NCBI GenBank assembly: GCA_965216565.1
Contig: OZ244170.1
Span: forward strand, 3,072,001-3,136,000
Length of the DNA: 64,000 bases
Source of the DNA: Bythopirellula sp.
GTDB lineage: Bacteria; Planctomycetota; Planctomycetia; Pirellulales; Lacipirellulaceae
Direction: 5' to 3'
The translations under genes were made by a program, and so were the position numbers. The notes below the pieces were generated by a model. That model was not told the origin of the DNA, searched no databases, and was given only the letters and a program-made list of their open reading frames with translations. Positions 37,336 to 47,737 of this stretch are shown piece by piece (positions within the stretch are counted from its first letter, which is position 1; every line of letters begins with the position of its first letter).

Positions 37336-38799
37336 CTACTTTTGCAAATAAAGCCAAACAAAACCAGTGGACCGCGAATCCATGAATTCCGATCGCTCGC
37401 CGTAAAGCGTGCTGATTTCTTGCTGGGCCTGCTGCAGTTCGGAAACCTCGGGAGGCTCGTCCTGCGCTGCCGTATCATCCATTCCCAACACCGAGAGCAG
37501 CCATTTGCCAACTGCCGAGCCATCGGCCCCTTCGGCCTCCGCATTGGGATCGTCCTCGACCGTTTGCTCCGCGGCGGTCTGCTCTTGCTCCTCTTGGGCT
37601 GCCTCCATCAGTTCGGTCATTCTCGTCGAAACCTCTTGCACCTTCTTATTCCACTCGGCGAACTTTTCTTCGTACTCGGCCACCGAGAGTCCATTGGCGG
37701 GAGAAACGAGCGTTACCGAATCGCCCACCAACAAATCGAGCTTGCCATCGTCGTTGACGTCGTCCACCCAAATGCGTGTCGATGTCTTGGGGCCTTCTAG
37801 ATCGTCTTCGTCGAGCAGATTGTTGGAGGCGACGCGAGGCTCAGCAGGGATCAACGGCTCGAACGCCTCTAACTCTGGAATTTCTCCAGCGTCTGCCACA
37901 TTCTCGGCCCACTGCACACCCCCGTTACTGGAACCGCTGAGCAGATCAAGATCGCCATCGTTGTCCCAATCCACGATAAACGGATCGCTATGGTGGCCCG
38001 CTATCTTCAGCATTTCGTCACCCAGCAAAATCGATTCCGGCTGCGGTTGAAAAACGCCTTCACCTTCACCGTAAAACACATAGAAACTACCGCCGAAATT
38101 TCCAACCACTAGATCAAGATCGCCATCGGCATCCCAATCAACGGCCGTCGGCCGCGTGCAGATGTTTTCTAAACTGGTGCCGCCATACTGCTCGGCATCG
38201 TCGCCAGGGGGAATAATCAGCGGCTCGCCATCGGAGACATTCAAAGCCTCCGCGGGTTGGAACGTTCCGTCCGGCTGTCCCCATAACACTTGAAACAGCC
38301 CCGCCATCGATTGCCCCATTCTCGAATAAGAACCGGACAGGATATCTAAATTACCGTCCTCGTTGAGATCCACCAACTGTGGAGTAGAGCTCGTGCATCA
38401 CCACACGCCCGGCACTTCCGCCACTTCGTCGCCGGCCATCAGCCATTCGCCCTCGGCGAGTTGCATGTCGCCTTGGTTCTTGAAAACCTGAATCTTCCCT
38501 TGGGCGAATTGCCCGACGAGCAAATCCTTCTTGCCATCGTTATTGATGTCGGCCCAACAGGGGGACGCATAACCGGGCGATTCAACCGACACCGGTCCCG
38601 AGGGAGACTCAAGCTGACGCGGCACTTCAAACTCGAAGTTCACCAACCGCGTGCTGGCATCTGCCGAGGTTGTGGTCACGTCAGACGACGCGGTAGAAGT
38701 CGGCGCCGGGGCCTGGTTGGAACAACCCCCGACCAGGAGGGTCAGCAGAGGCAGGAGTGCCGCTAGAAGATTAACTCGACTGAATAAAGGGTGGCTCAC
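37336..38799 (-). CDS. FG-GAP/VCBS-repeat lipoprotein with in-frame TGA (candidate selenoprotein, U134-C135), 487 aa
   Basis: GTG start at 38799 with GGGAG RBS, lipobox VGGC. Track ORFs 38398..38859 and 37336..38376 share a frame and are separated only by TGA (38398-38400) plus 7 sense codons. Five DxxxDGxxDLLxG-type repeats. Confidence 0.8.
38364..38392 (-). promoter_or_regulatory. Candidate bacterial SECIS hairpin
   Basis: After UGA: UGCACGAGCUCUAC-UCCAC-AGUUG-GUGGA-UCUC; the loop starts 19 nt after UGA with G as its second base. Confidence 0.55.
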
Positions 38800-39038
38800 A
38801 ATCTGTTTCTCCCAAGGAGATGCTCTGTGATTCCTTTTAAAACGATCAATCAACATCATTCAAATGAGGCATTCGAACAAATTCTAGTTTAACATTTTGC
38901 ATCGCAATTCGTACACCCGGGGAGAAAACTTGGTTGTTTTCACAGGCCGGAGTCTGGTAAAACCGCAGTGCCAGGCCGCACCGGCTTTCTGCCAGCAATA
39001 CCAACCTCACGACCTCCACCGGGACAACTACCAACACG

Positions 39039-41594
39039 ATGCCACGAATCTTTTCCGTTTCACTGGTGGTCTTACATTTGCTAGCTGGCGGCGCTGGGCA
39101 CTCGCTCGCCGAGGATAGCATCCACATCCGAGCCAACCAGATTGGCTACCGCACGGACGAGCGCAAAGTTGCCATTGCCTTTTCGCACGAACCGGTCGAA
39201 GGGAGTTTTTCTCTCTTGGAGGTGCCGACCAAAAAGGTTGTGTTCACAGCGGAACTCACGCCCGCGTCCGCCCCGGGTTGGGGAACGTTCGCACATCATT
39301 ATCGGCTCGATTTCAGCAAACAGACGAAGCCGGGCCGATACGAACTGCGGATCGACGACTCTGGGGAAACTTCGCGATCCTTGACTATCGGCGACGATGC
39401 CTATGGCGATTACGTCGAAGATCTCCTGCGGTTCATGCGCCAACAGCGGTGCGGATACAACCCGGTGCTCGATATGGTTTGCCACCAGCGCGACGGCAGG
39501 ACCGCCTTCGGACCGAAACCAGCCGACACGTTTGTCGATGCCAGCGGTGGTTGGCACGATGCGGGCGACCAATTGAAATACCTTCTCACCGGCAGCAACG
39601 CCACCGCCCGGATGCTGTTGGCCTACGAACTAGAGCCCACCAAGTTCGACGATCGCACCGACCGCCTGGGCCATCCGCTTCCCAATGGTGTGCCCGACGT
39701 GCTGGACGAGGCCCGTTGGGGATTGGATTGGATCTTCAAGCTGCACCCCAGCCCCAAGGAACTCTACCACCAGGTGGCCGACGATCGCGATCACAACGAA
39801 TGGAAGATGCCCGACCGCGACACCTCCGACTATGGCTGGGGGCCCAACAGCTATCGAGTGGTCTATGCCGCGGACGGCAAACCGCAGGGCCTGCGGAAAT
39901 ATAAAAGCGAATCCACCGGCCTGGCCAACCTCGCTGGGCGCTGCGCCGCGGCCATGGCCCAGGCGCATCGAATCTGGCAGCGCGATCTGGACGATCCGCT
40001 GTTTGCCGCGCGCTGCCTGCAGGCGGCCCGCGAACTCTATGCGTTGGGCAAGTCGCACGAAGGCGTCCAGCAGGGCAACTCCTATGGCGCTCCCTACCGC
40101 TACGCCGAGACCACTTGGGCCGACGACATGGAGTGGGCCGCCGCGGAACTCTTTGCCGCCACCGGCGAGGATACCTATCGCAACGATGCCATTCGCTATG
40201 CTCGGCTGGCGGCAGACACTTCTTGGATGCCACTGGAAACCGCCGGCCACTATCAATACTATCCCTTCGTCAACGTCGGACACTTCGCGCTCTACCCACA
40301 TGTCGATGCCACACTGCAGCAGGAATTAGCCGGCTACTACCGCGCCGGCATCGAGGCCACCTTGGCCCGCGCCCAAAATAATGCCTTTGGCATTGGCGTG
40401 CCATTCATCTGGTGTTCCAACAACCTGACGACCGCGCTCGTAACGCAGCTCTTGCTCTACGAGCGGATGACGGGCGACCGGCAGTACCACGACCACCTGC
40501 TCGCCCAGCGCGATTGGCTCTTCGGCCGTAATCCCTGGGGGACTACCATGTTCACCGAAATCCCCCGCGATGGCGAATTCCCCGAGGACGTGCACACCGC
40601 TATCTGGAAACTCACCCGGCGTGCCGTACCGGGAGGGCTCATTGATGGTCCCGTGTATACCAAGGTTTACGACAGCCTGTTGGGACTCCATCTAGAAAAC
40701 GACGACGAGTTCGCGGCGTTCCAAAACAAACACGTCGTCTATCACGACGACATCGGCGACTACTCCACCAACGAACCAACGATGGACGGCACCGCGGGGG
40801 CGATCGCCATGATGGCCCACTTTGGCACAACGCCCGCTAATGCCCGCCGAAGCGTTGCGCGTCGCACCCTGGAACCACCCGCCAATCTACTGCTCGACCA
40901 CGGCGCCATTCGCCGCGGTTCGCCGGCCGACAAACGCCTCGCCCTGCTGTTCACTGCCGACAAGCACGTCGACGGCGCCAATCCCATTCTCGAAACTCTT
41001 ACCAAACACAAAGTGCCCGCCGCGTTTTTCCTCACCGGCAAATCACTCGACGCGCCCCACATGCGCGACTGGACGCGACAAGCACTCGCAGCGGGTCACT
41101 ACGTCGGCCCGCATTCCGACGGGCACTTGCTCTACGCCCCATGGGACGATCGGCAGCGGTCGCTTGTTTCCCAGGAACGTTTCCAAGCCGATCTCTATCG
41201 CAACCTGGCGGAGTTGGGCGAACTCGGTGCGGTGAAATCGCGGCCGATCTATTTCGTGCCGCCCTACGAATGGCACAATGCCCAGCACACCGCTTGGGCC
41301 AAGGAACTTGGCTGCCAGATGATCAACTTCACCTCCGGCAGCGGTTCGCAACGCGATTTCGCCCCGGAAGGTCACCAGGCATTTGTTCCCTCGGAAGAAC
41401 TGATCGAGGACATTTTAGAGCACGAACAGATCTCGAAACACGGACTCAACGGCCACCTGCTCTTGCTGCATCTCGGTACGACTCGAAAAGACAAAGTCTA
41501 CGCCCATCTCGGCAGATTGATCGAGGAGCTGTTGGCACGCGGTTATTCGATCGTGCGCGTTGATGAATTGCTCAGCGAAAGTAACACGCCGTAG
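39039..41594 (+). CDS. GH9 glycoside hydrolase (N-terminal Ig-like domain) fused to a CE4/NodB-type polysaccharide deacetylase domain
   Basis: IRANQIGY, GGWHDAGD, DYSTNEPTMDG; C-terminal LALLFTAD, AAFFLTG, GPHSDGH, PPYEW, LLLH. Confidence 0.9.
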   Translation: MPRIFSVSLVVLHLLAGGAGHSLAEDSIHIRANQIGYRTDERKVAIAFSHEPVEGSFSLLEVPTKKVVFTAELTPASAPGWGTFAHHYRLDFSKQTKPGRYELRIDDSGETSRSLTIGDDAYGDYVEDLLRFMRQQRCGYNPVLDMVCHQRDGRTAFGPKPADTFVDASGGWHDAGDQLKYLLTGSNATARMLLAYELEPTKFDDRTDRLGHPLPNGVPDVLDEARWGLDWIFKLHPSPKELYHQVADDRDHNEWKMPDRDTSDYGWGPNSYRVVYAADGKPQGLRKYKSESTGLANLAGRCAAAMAQAHRIWQRDLDDPLFAARCLQAARELYALGKSHEGVQQGNSYGAPYRYAETTWADDMEWAAAELFAATGEDTYRNDAIRYARLAADTSWMPLETAGHYQYYPFVNVGHFALYPHVDATLQQELAGYYRAGIEATLARAQNNAFGIGVPFIWCSNNLTTALVTQLLLYERMTGDRQYHDHLLAQRDWLFGRNPWGTTMFTEIPRDGEFPEDVHTAIWKLTRRAVPGGLIDGPVYTKVYDSLLGLHLENDDEFAAFQNKHVVYHDDIGDYSTNEPTMDGTAGAIAMMAHFGTTPANARRSVARRTLEPPANLLLDHGAIRRGSPADKRLALLFTADKHVDGANPILETLTKHKVPAAFFLTGKSLDAPHMRDWTRQALAAGHYVGPHSDGHLLYAPWDDRQRSLVSQERFQADLYRNLAELGELGAVKSRPIYFVPPYEWHNAQHTAWAKELGCQMINFTSGSGSQRDFAPEGHQAFVPSEELIEDILEHEQISKHGLNGHLLLLHLGTTRKDKVYAHLGRLIEELLARGYSIVRVDELLSESNTP

Positions 41595-41636
41595 TTCCAA
41601 ATCTCCCCCCTGCCCTTCGGTCCTCTCTTTGCCGCC

Positions 41637-42170
41637 ATGATCAAGACCTTCGACCAGGCCTACCAGTTTGTGCTGGAGCAAAAAGTCTGCACGGTGTTCG
41701 GCAGCAAGTGTTCGCCGTACCCCTCGCTATGGGACAACACGGCTCTTTCCGAGGAGAAACCCAAAGCGGGAGGCTGGAGCCCCAAGGTCACCGCTGTCTG
41801 GGATTGGAAAACGCGCATCCCCCAAACGTATCCCGAGGAAGTGTTCTACGGCAAAGTGCCGGGGGGCGATGCCGTGCTAATGGAGATGCACCACTTTCGC
41901 GACGTGCACTATGCCGCAGCGTACCAACCCGTTCACGAGCTAGACCCGCTCGCCCAGGAAGTGTTTGAGTTCATCCGCCTCGGTCCCGACTACACCGGCC
42001 CCTTGCGCAAGCGAGCAATATCAGAATTGGGCTGCACCAAAAGCAAGTTCGACACGGCTCTGAAGAAACTGCAAATCAGCCTGAACATCGTCCGCTCCAA
42101 CGACCCGCAACTAAAAAACGATTTCTGGCTCCCCATGAGCGAGGTGCATGCGGATCTTGTGCGTGGGTAG
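41637..42170 (+). CDS. Hypothetical protein (possibly AlkZ-related winged helix)
   Basis: SLWD..WDWK..FYGK N-terminus and a helix-rich C-terminus; product tentative. Confidence 0.6.
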   Translation: MIKTFDQAYQFVLEQKVCTVFGSKCSPYPSLWDNTALSEEKPKAGGWSPKVTAVWDWKTRIPQTYPEEVFYGKVPGGDAVLMEMHHFRDVHYAAAYQPVHELDPLAQEVFEFIRLGPDYTGPLRKRAISELGCTKSKFDTALKKLQISLNIVRSNDPQLKNDFWLPMSEVHADLVRG

Positions 42171-42258
42171 CCGACTTGGAAACAAGTCCGTTCGCAAATT
42201 AAACCGTGCGATCCATTCCCTCTGCTCAGGCTCTTCGGACCACCAATCTTCAGTAAAT

Positions 42259-43773
42259 CTATTGCGCTTGAAGCTCATAGGCAGCAGCTTGCGCTTGTCG
42301 ACTATAGTCGATCGATTCACCGAGGATGCGAGCCGCCTCTTGATCAGCATGGAAACCTTTGGAATTCTCGCTGCAGACGAAGTCCAACCGCCACATCGCT
42401 TTCCTTTGCAACTTACGAATAGGTTCGAGTTGCTCCTCCGTGGCTCCCGCCTCCTGGACAGCAATGATTGCATCCAACATGTCGGTCATTGCTTTTGCGG
42501 CTCGATCGATTAGCGACCTAGTCCGGTCTTGAATGGTATCGACGCGTGCCTGGAGTTCGGCCTCAGGAACATTGTGGCAAGTTTGACATGCACGGTTGAT
42601 GTTTAGCATCGGGCTCCGCACCCAATGACTACTGAACTTGGTAGCTCCCTGTTTTTCGTAAGGCATGTGGCAATCACTGCAGCTTACCCCAGCTCGCGCA
42701 TGGATTCCTTGACTCCAGAGTTCAAATTCTGGATGTTGAGCTTTATAGACTTTTGTTCCGGTTTCTTTATGAATGTAGTCGTAAAACTCGCCGCCCTCGG
42801 GAAACTCTGTCTCGTCCCAGGTCTGCTCCACATCATCCATTCTCAGGCCATTATCCCATGGAAACGTGAGCGTCATTTTATTGGCGCAGTAATACTCCAC
42901 GTGGCATTGCCCGCAGACGAAAGATCGCATTTCTTGCCGCGAAGCGTCTCGATTGGGATTGTAAGGCTCATCGCGATCAGAGTCTCGCCACTTCTTGATA
43001 CTTGGCAGGTGCGGGACGGGGTCGTCGCTTTCCGCCAACTTGGCTATTCCATCGATAAAACCGGGGCGCGTTACGCGAATTTGCAATGTCTTTGGATCGT
43101 GGCAATCGATACACGACACCGGATGCGCCTCGCCCACATGAGGGTCTCCTGCACTTGGTCTTTTCACTCCATCTGGCGTTTTCTCAAGCTCGGAATGAAC
43201 GTCTTGGTAGTTCATCTGGCTCACTGCTTCAAATCCAGCGACAACCGCTTCTTGGTCAAACGATTCCGCTAGCCGCTCAGCGGTCGCTTCAACACCTTGC
43301 TTCTCTAAGCCAATCCGGCGATAAGTAGGTATCAGCGAAGCGTGACAATGCAAACAGGCCCCTGCCTGCTGAACATCAGTCACTCGCTTAGTCACTTCTT
43401 GATCACTGAGCATGAAGGCGTGCCCTCGCGCTTCGCGGTAGTCGATACTGAAGGCATATCCGGCAAACAGACGTTTCAGCCAGGGGTCCTGCTTCAACTT
43501 ACTGGGCGGCAACGCGTTACTCCCCCCATACTCGGTGCGCTCAGTATCAGCCGTCTTCAAATACGTCTCATACTGCAGTGGAAAGTTCTGCCCCCACGGC
43601 TCAGGGTCCGTGCTGATCTCTGAAACGTCGACCAGTTTCACAAAAGGAGCGCGCGCTTCTTGCTTACGTTCAAAAATATTCACCAATAGCGCAATGACTG
43701 CGAACGAAGCAATTGCAATCATCCCGGTTAAAAGAGCGAGCCAACGAAAACTCCGCGATTCAGATGATGCCAT
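42259..43773 (-). CDS. nrfA: Ammonia-forming cytochrome c nitrite reductase, catalytic subunit
   Basis: [16 protein letters not shown]; heme motifs [46 protein letters not shown]. Confidence 0.95.
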   Translation of the reverse strand: MASSESRSFRWLALLTGMIAIASFAVIALLVNIFERKQEARAPFVKLVDVSEISTDPEPWGQNFPLQYETYLKTADTERTEYGGSNALPPSKLKQDPWLKRLFAGYAFSIDYREARGHAFMLSDQEVTKRVTDVQQAGACLHCHASLIPTYRRIGLEKQGVEATAERLAESFDQEAVVAGFEAVSQMNYQDVHSELEKTPDGVKRPSAGDPHVGEAHPVSCIDCHDPKTLQIRVTRPGFIDGIAKLAESDDPVPHLPSIKKWRDSDRDEPYNPNRDASRQEMRSFVCGQCHVEYYCANKMTLTFPWDNGLRMDDVEQTWDETEFPEGGEFYDYIHKETGTKVYKAQHPEFELWSQGIHARAGVSCSDCHMPYEKQGATKFSSHWVRSPMLNINRACQTCHNVPEAELQARVDTIQDRTRSLIDRAAKAMTDMLDAIIAVQEAGATEEQLEPIRKLQRKAMWRLDFVCSENSKGFHADQEAARILGESIDYSRQAQAAAYELQAQ

Positions 43774-43809
43774 TCTGGTTTCACACGTCTTCTAGTTTTA
43801 GTGATTAGT

Positions 43810-44385
43810 TCAATCTCGCCCGGAACCTGACGAGATAGTACGAAAAGCATGTCCTACATCTGCATGACAGTGCACGCAGGAGAGCATGTCACCCTCTTTG
43901 GCATCACCAGAAACTGACGACGCGACCGGCAATAACGCATGCACCATATCCTTATGGCATTCGATGCACGCACCTTGAGTGACCTGCTTGTTGCGTGGCT
44001 TGATTTGTATCGGATCGTGAAAATCCTGCAAAGTAAATGCAACTGAATGAAAGAACCCGTTGTCCGCCTTGGTAATCCATTTGCCCGCAAAGTCATGAGG
44101 CAAGTGGCAATCATTGCATCCCGCCACGTGATGGTGGCTGCTTTTTTGCCAGGAGTCAAAATGCTCCTGCATCACATGACAGTTAGCACACGATTGAGGA
44201 TTGTTGCTGAGATAGCTGGCACCTTTTCCGTAACCGAACGTAAAGACACCCGTACCAGCTAGAGAGCCAAGTAGTACAGCAAAGCCTATTTCACGATATC
44301 CAATGGGCCAGCGGGAGGATAACTTTCCTGCGTCATCCCCAATTTCTGGAAGTGGCCGATCAAGATTAGAGTTTTTCTCAGGCAC
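43810..44385 (-). CDS. nrfH: Cytochrome c nitrite reductase small subunit
   Basis: TM anchor; CANCHVM, CNDCHLP, CIECH, CVHCH; directly upstream of nrfA. Confidence 0.93.
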   Translation of the reverse strand: MPEKNSNLDRPLPEIGDDAGKLSSRWPIGYREIGFAVLLGSLAGTGVFTFGYGKGASYLSNNPQSCANCHVMQEHFDSWQKSSHHHVAGCNDCHLPHDFAGKWITKADNGFFHSVAFTLQDFHDPIQIKPRNKQVTQGACIECHKDMVHALLPVASSVSGDAKEGDMLSCVHCHADVGHAFRTISSGSGRD

Positions 44386-44646
44386 AACGATCTTCTTCCG
44401 AATAACTTAGCGCCCTCAATTAATGAAACTTGGTGACATCTATCCTACTGACCGCACTGTGTATTTCAAGCAGGAAACAGGACGCGAGTTGAACGCAGAA
44501 AAAGGGAACGCTGGCCAGCGTGACGTTTCGATCCAACGAGCAGAAATCCTTGCTCGCACATCAGACTTTTTGTAAATTTGAGGCTCGCACAATCAATCGT
44601 TTTCCAGGTGTACTCGCAGTCTCATTCGATTCGCAAGGAGACGCTA

Positions 44647-45240
44647 ATGATCCAATCTCGTCAACTTGGTTTAGTCGTTCTTATTCTCTCAGCTTTTGTC
44701 TGCAAGATTGACTGCAACCAGTGTTCCGCCGTGATCAGTGTCGTGCCTCCGCCTCAGTATCGCCTAGATGGTACGCTCGACGAAGGAGGCAGTTTTTTTG
44801 GCTTCTTTACGATTGATCCACTCGCCACCGATTCCTCACCCACAGAAGGAATCGGAAACTTCGCTCTCACCGATGTGAACATCCATCTACAAAACTCTTC
44901 GCTTTTCTCTTCCGGAGGGAATACGGCGACCTCGGGCTCAACGACGGAGGCGCTGCTAACGCAAAGTGAGTTCGCACAGCGACAAGCAATCAGCTTCACG
45001 ATCCCAGCCAGCAATGGACTTTCGAATGTGTTTTCTGAGCTCGTTTTCGAGCCGTTCACCGGTGATGCCGATATCGCTGTGCCCTTAGAAGGCGTCTATA
45101 CCAGTGGCCTATTCGATGGCAACGGACAAGACTCCATTGCAACTATCTCCGTCACATTGGTGCCTGAACCAAGCACGATCACATTACTATTGGCAGCCCT
45201 GATTGGACTCCTTGGCCGACCGCGCGAGTCGCATTTGTGA
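44647..45240 (+). CDS. PEP-CTERM sorting domain protein
   Basis: Start ATG 44647 after AAGGAG; VPEPST-TM-RPR tail. Confidence 0.85.
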   Translation: MIQSRQLGLVVLILSAFVCKIDCNQCSAVISVVPPPQYRLDGTLDEGGSFFGFFTIDPLATDSSPTEGIGNFALTDVNIHLQNSSLFSSGGNTATSGSTTEALLTQSEFAQRQAISFTIPASNGLSNVFSELVFEPFTGDADIAVPLEGVYTSGLFDGNGQDSIATISVTLVPEPSTITLLLAALIGLLGRPRESHL

Positions 45241-45251
45241 GTTCCAACCGG

Positions 45252-45536
45252 TCATGCTGCGTAATTGAGACGACGTTGATACTCTCGCGTGCGGCATAGC
45301 ACGCACGGCTTGTACACCAGCGCTCCGCAACCGTTGCAGCGTTCGGGGGGAACTTCGAAACAACATAGCTCGGGGCGATCGTTGTCGGGCTCTTTGCCAA
45401 ACATGCCACGGCGACCACTGGCGATGGCGCCGACCGTCCCGCGACTAACGCCCAATTTCTTAGCAATCTTGCGTTGCGACAACTGACCCTCCGCGAGCAG
45501 GCGGCTGATTTCTTGCACAGTGGCGAGCGGTAACAT
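45252..45536 (-). CDS. Small helix-turn-helix protein with Cys-rich (CxxC...CxxC) tail
   Basis: LSQRKIAKKLGVSRGTVGAIA; RCNGCG..PCVLC. Confidence 0.85.
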   Translation of the reverse strand: MLPLATVQEISRLLAEGQLSQRKIAKKLGVSRGTVGAIASGRRGMFGKEPDNDRPELCCFEVPPERCNGCGALVYKPCVLCRTREYQRRLNYAA

Positions 45537-45709
45537 GCGCGGGAATTCCTCTCTCAGATTTGGTCAGTTCGTCGGATAAGTTGAAGAGTATTGATTGTGA
45601 GTTGAGAGTTGAGAGTATTCGCGATGTGATTTCGCCCCCCCTGCCAATAGCCGCGAGTCTACGACTCGCCGGAGCCCAATCATTGAACTCACAACTCGCA
45701 ACTCAACCC

Positions 45710-45859
45710 TCACTCATCCTCAAACCAAAAGTCCCCAGGCTCGGGAAACGGTTCATGATCGTCCTCGGGGATGAACGCTTCCCAAGGGTCGTCTACCTGC
45801 GGAGCCTCGTCGGGAGCCACTCGCCACAAGGTAGGTCTCTTGACTCCAGCCACGCTCAT
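45710..45859 (-). CDS. Small acidic protein, 49 aa
   Basis: Not in the ORF track; SD-like GGGGGTGAT before ATG; MSVAGVKRPTLWRVAPDEAPQVDDPWEAFIPEDDHEPFPEPGDFWFEDE. Confidence 0.6.
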   Translation of the reverse strand: MSVAGVKRPTLWRVAPDEAPQVDDPWEAFIPEDDHEPFPEPGDFWFEDE

Positions 45860-46214
45860 ATCACCCCCCATTCTTCAAATTCAATTGCCAATCTTTCACG
45901 CTCAATACCAAAGCCTCCCGCCTCCCGCCTCACACCTCACACCTCACACCTCCCCAGCACATACAAAAACCTAACAAGAACCGCGGCCAAAAACTATACA
46001 TTTGTTCACTATTTTGTGCAGGTTTTTTGCGCGAAGAAAACACTACAAATAAAGGGGTAACACCACACACCAAGAGAGCCGAGGCGTCCCCGCCAATGGC
46101 AGCACAATCCCCGCGGCAATTGAAAAAACAGAATTGCCCCAATCCCAAATACACAACATCGTGTATGACAAAAATTCGGTGACACAACCCGTAGAAATGC
46201 CGCGATCCGAGCGG

Positions 46215-47726
46215 CTACTGGGTAAGCCCTTGCGTCGAAGATTCGAGCAGGTCGGAAAGCTGACTCTCAGAGGCCCGCAACACATCGCGGCGATCGGGCG
46301 TCAATTGTTCAAGGGCTTCCTGAGCTTCGGCGGTTTGGCCCAGATTCGCCTCGGCAATACTCTTGGCCGCGAACACAAACGCCGCGAGCCTAGCATTACT
46401 TGGATCCGCCAGACTGGCATTCTCCAACTGCCGCAATTCCCGACGCGCTAAATCGTATTCCTGAGAAACAAGCAGATAGTATCGCACCAACCCCTGCCGG
46501 GCCAACTGGTGCAAGAACGGATCGGCATCGGGAAATCGCTGCCAAACGCTTTTCCAAGCGTCCGGGCTATTGGTCATCTTGGCATGGTAGAGCTGGGCAT
46601 CGACAGTTTCTCGCTTAGGAATTGCAGGCGTTCCGCTCCCGCGCAAATAGGGATCGCTTTGCGTCAGCCGGGCCAAGAGAATTCCGACCAGGACCGACGC
46701 CACCAAGACTCCCACCGTGGTTCCCCAGCGACGATTGGTTTGCCGCAGCCGAGTTTCTTCCTGCATCAAACTTCCCAACCGCTGCTGCCCCCCCGTCTGC
46801 GATTGATCCGTGGCGATCCGCTCGGCCAAAGTCCAAGCCTCGGGATTCTCGGCCCAACCCTCCTCGGCCGCCTTCGTAGCCAAAGATCGCATGTTCACCA
46901 GCAGCTCGCCCGGATTGGCAGGCCGGTTTTCCGACTGCTTCGCCATCATCTGATGAACAGTTCTGGCAAATGCACCTGATAGATTCTTCCGGGCATTCTC
47001 CAGGGGTTCTGGTGAAGAATTCACATGTTGCATCGCAATGGCAAGCGCCGTTTCGCCGTCGTAGGGCGGCGAGCCGGTGAGCAAGTGGTAACACGTCACC
47101 CCAAGTGAATAGATATCGCTACGGATATCGAGCGAACGCCCTTCGATCTGCTCAGGGCTCATGTAGAGCGGGGTACCCATCGTGACGCCTACCTGGGTAA
47201 GCGTCTTCGCATCGGTATCGGCAACACGAGCCAGCCCAAAGTCTGCCACTTTCACTTCACCCGTGTGGCTGAGCATGATGTTTTCTGGCTTGATATCCCG
47301 ATGCACGATGCCAAGTTCGTGGCTCTTGCAAAGAGCGGAAACCACTTGTCTCATGATATCCAGCACGAGGCCTGGTTCGAGGGCACCGGTGCGCTGGACA
47401 AGCTGACCGAGATTCTTGCCCGGTACGTATTCCTGGGCAATAAATCGCAAGCCCTCGATCTGGCCCACTTCGTAAATTTGCACGATATTCGGGTGAATCA
47501 GCGAGGCCGCGGCCCGCGCCTCTTGGGCGAATCGTTCGACGTAGCTGCTGTCTTCCGCCAGCCGTTCGTGCAAGATCTTGAGGGCTACCTGGCGACTCAA
47601 AGAACGCTGTTCCGCCAAGTAGACGTCAGCCATGCCGCCGGTGCCGAGCTTCCGCAGAACAATATAGTCGCCTAGCTCTCGCCCCGTTAAATCCTGGCTA
47701 GCTCCGGGCGACGTCGGCTGGTTCAT
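46215..47726 (-). CDS. Hanks-type Ser/Thr protein kinase, membrane-anchored
   Basis: LGTGGMADVY, VALK, HRDIKPEN, DFG, GTPLYMSPE; TM segment. Confidence 0.95.
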   Translation of the reverse strand: MNQPTSPGASQDLTGRELGDYIVLRKLGTGGMADVYLAEQRSLSRQVALKILHERLAEDSSYVERFAQEARAAASLIHPNIVQIYEVGQIEGLRFIAQEYVPGKNLGQLVQRTGALEPGLVLDIMRQVVSALCKSHELGIVHRDIKPENIMLSHTGEVKVADFGLARVADTDAKTLTQVGVTMGTPLYMSPEQIEGRSLDIRSDIYSLGVTCYHLLTGSPPYDGETALAIAMQHVNSSPEPLENARKNLSGAFARTVHQMMAKQSENRPANPGELLVNMRSLATKAAEEGWAENPEAWTLAERIATDQSQTGGQQRLGSLMQEETRLRQTNRRWGTTVGVLVASVLVGILLARLTQSDPYLRGSGTPAIPKRETVDAQLYHAKMTNSPDAWKSVWQRFPDADPFLHQLARQGLVRYYLLVSQEYDLARRELRQLENASLADPSNARLAAFVFAAKSIAEANLGQTAEAQEALEQLTPDRRDVLRASESQLSDLLESSTQGLTQ

Positions 47727-47737
47727 ATAACACCCTG

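Noticed and set aside
38398..38400. Genome-wide TGA=Trp/Gly recoding
   Set aside because: TGA terminates ordinary genes in this window (e.g. gcvH, cysC), so any recoding would be site-specific
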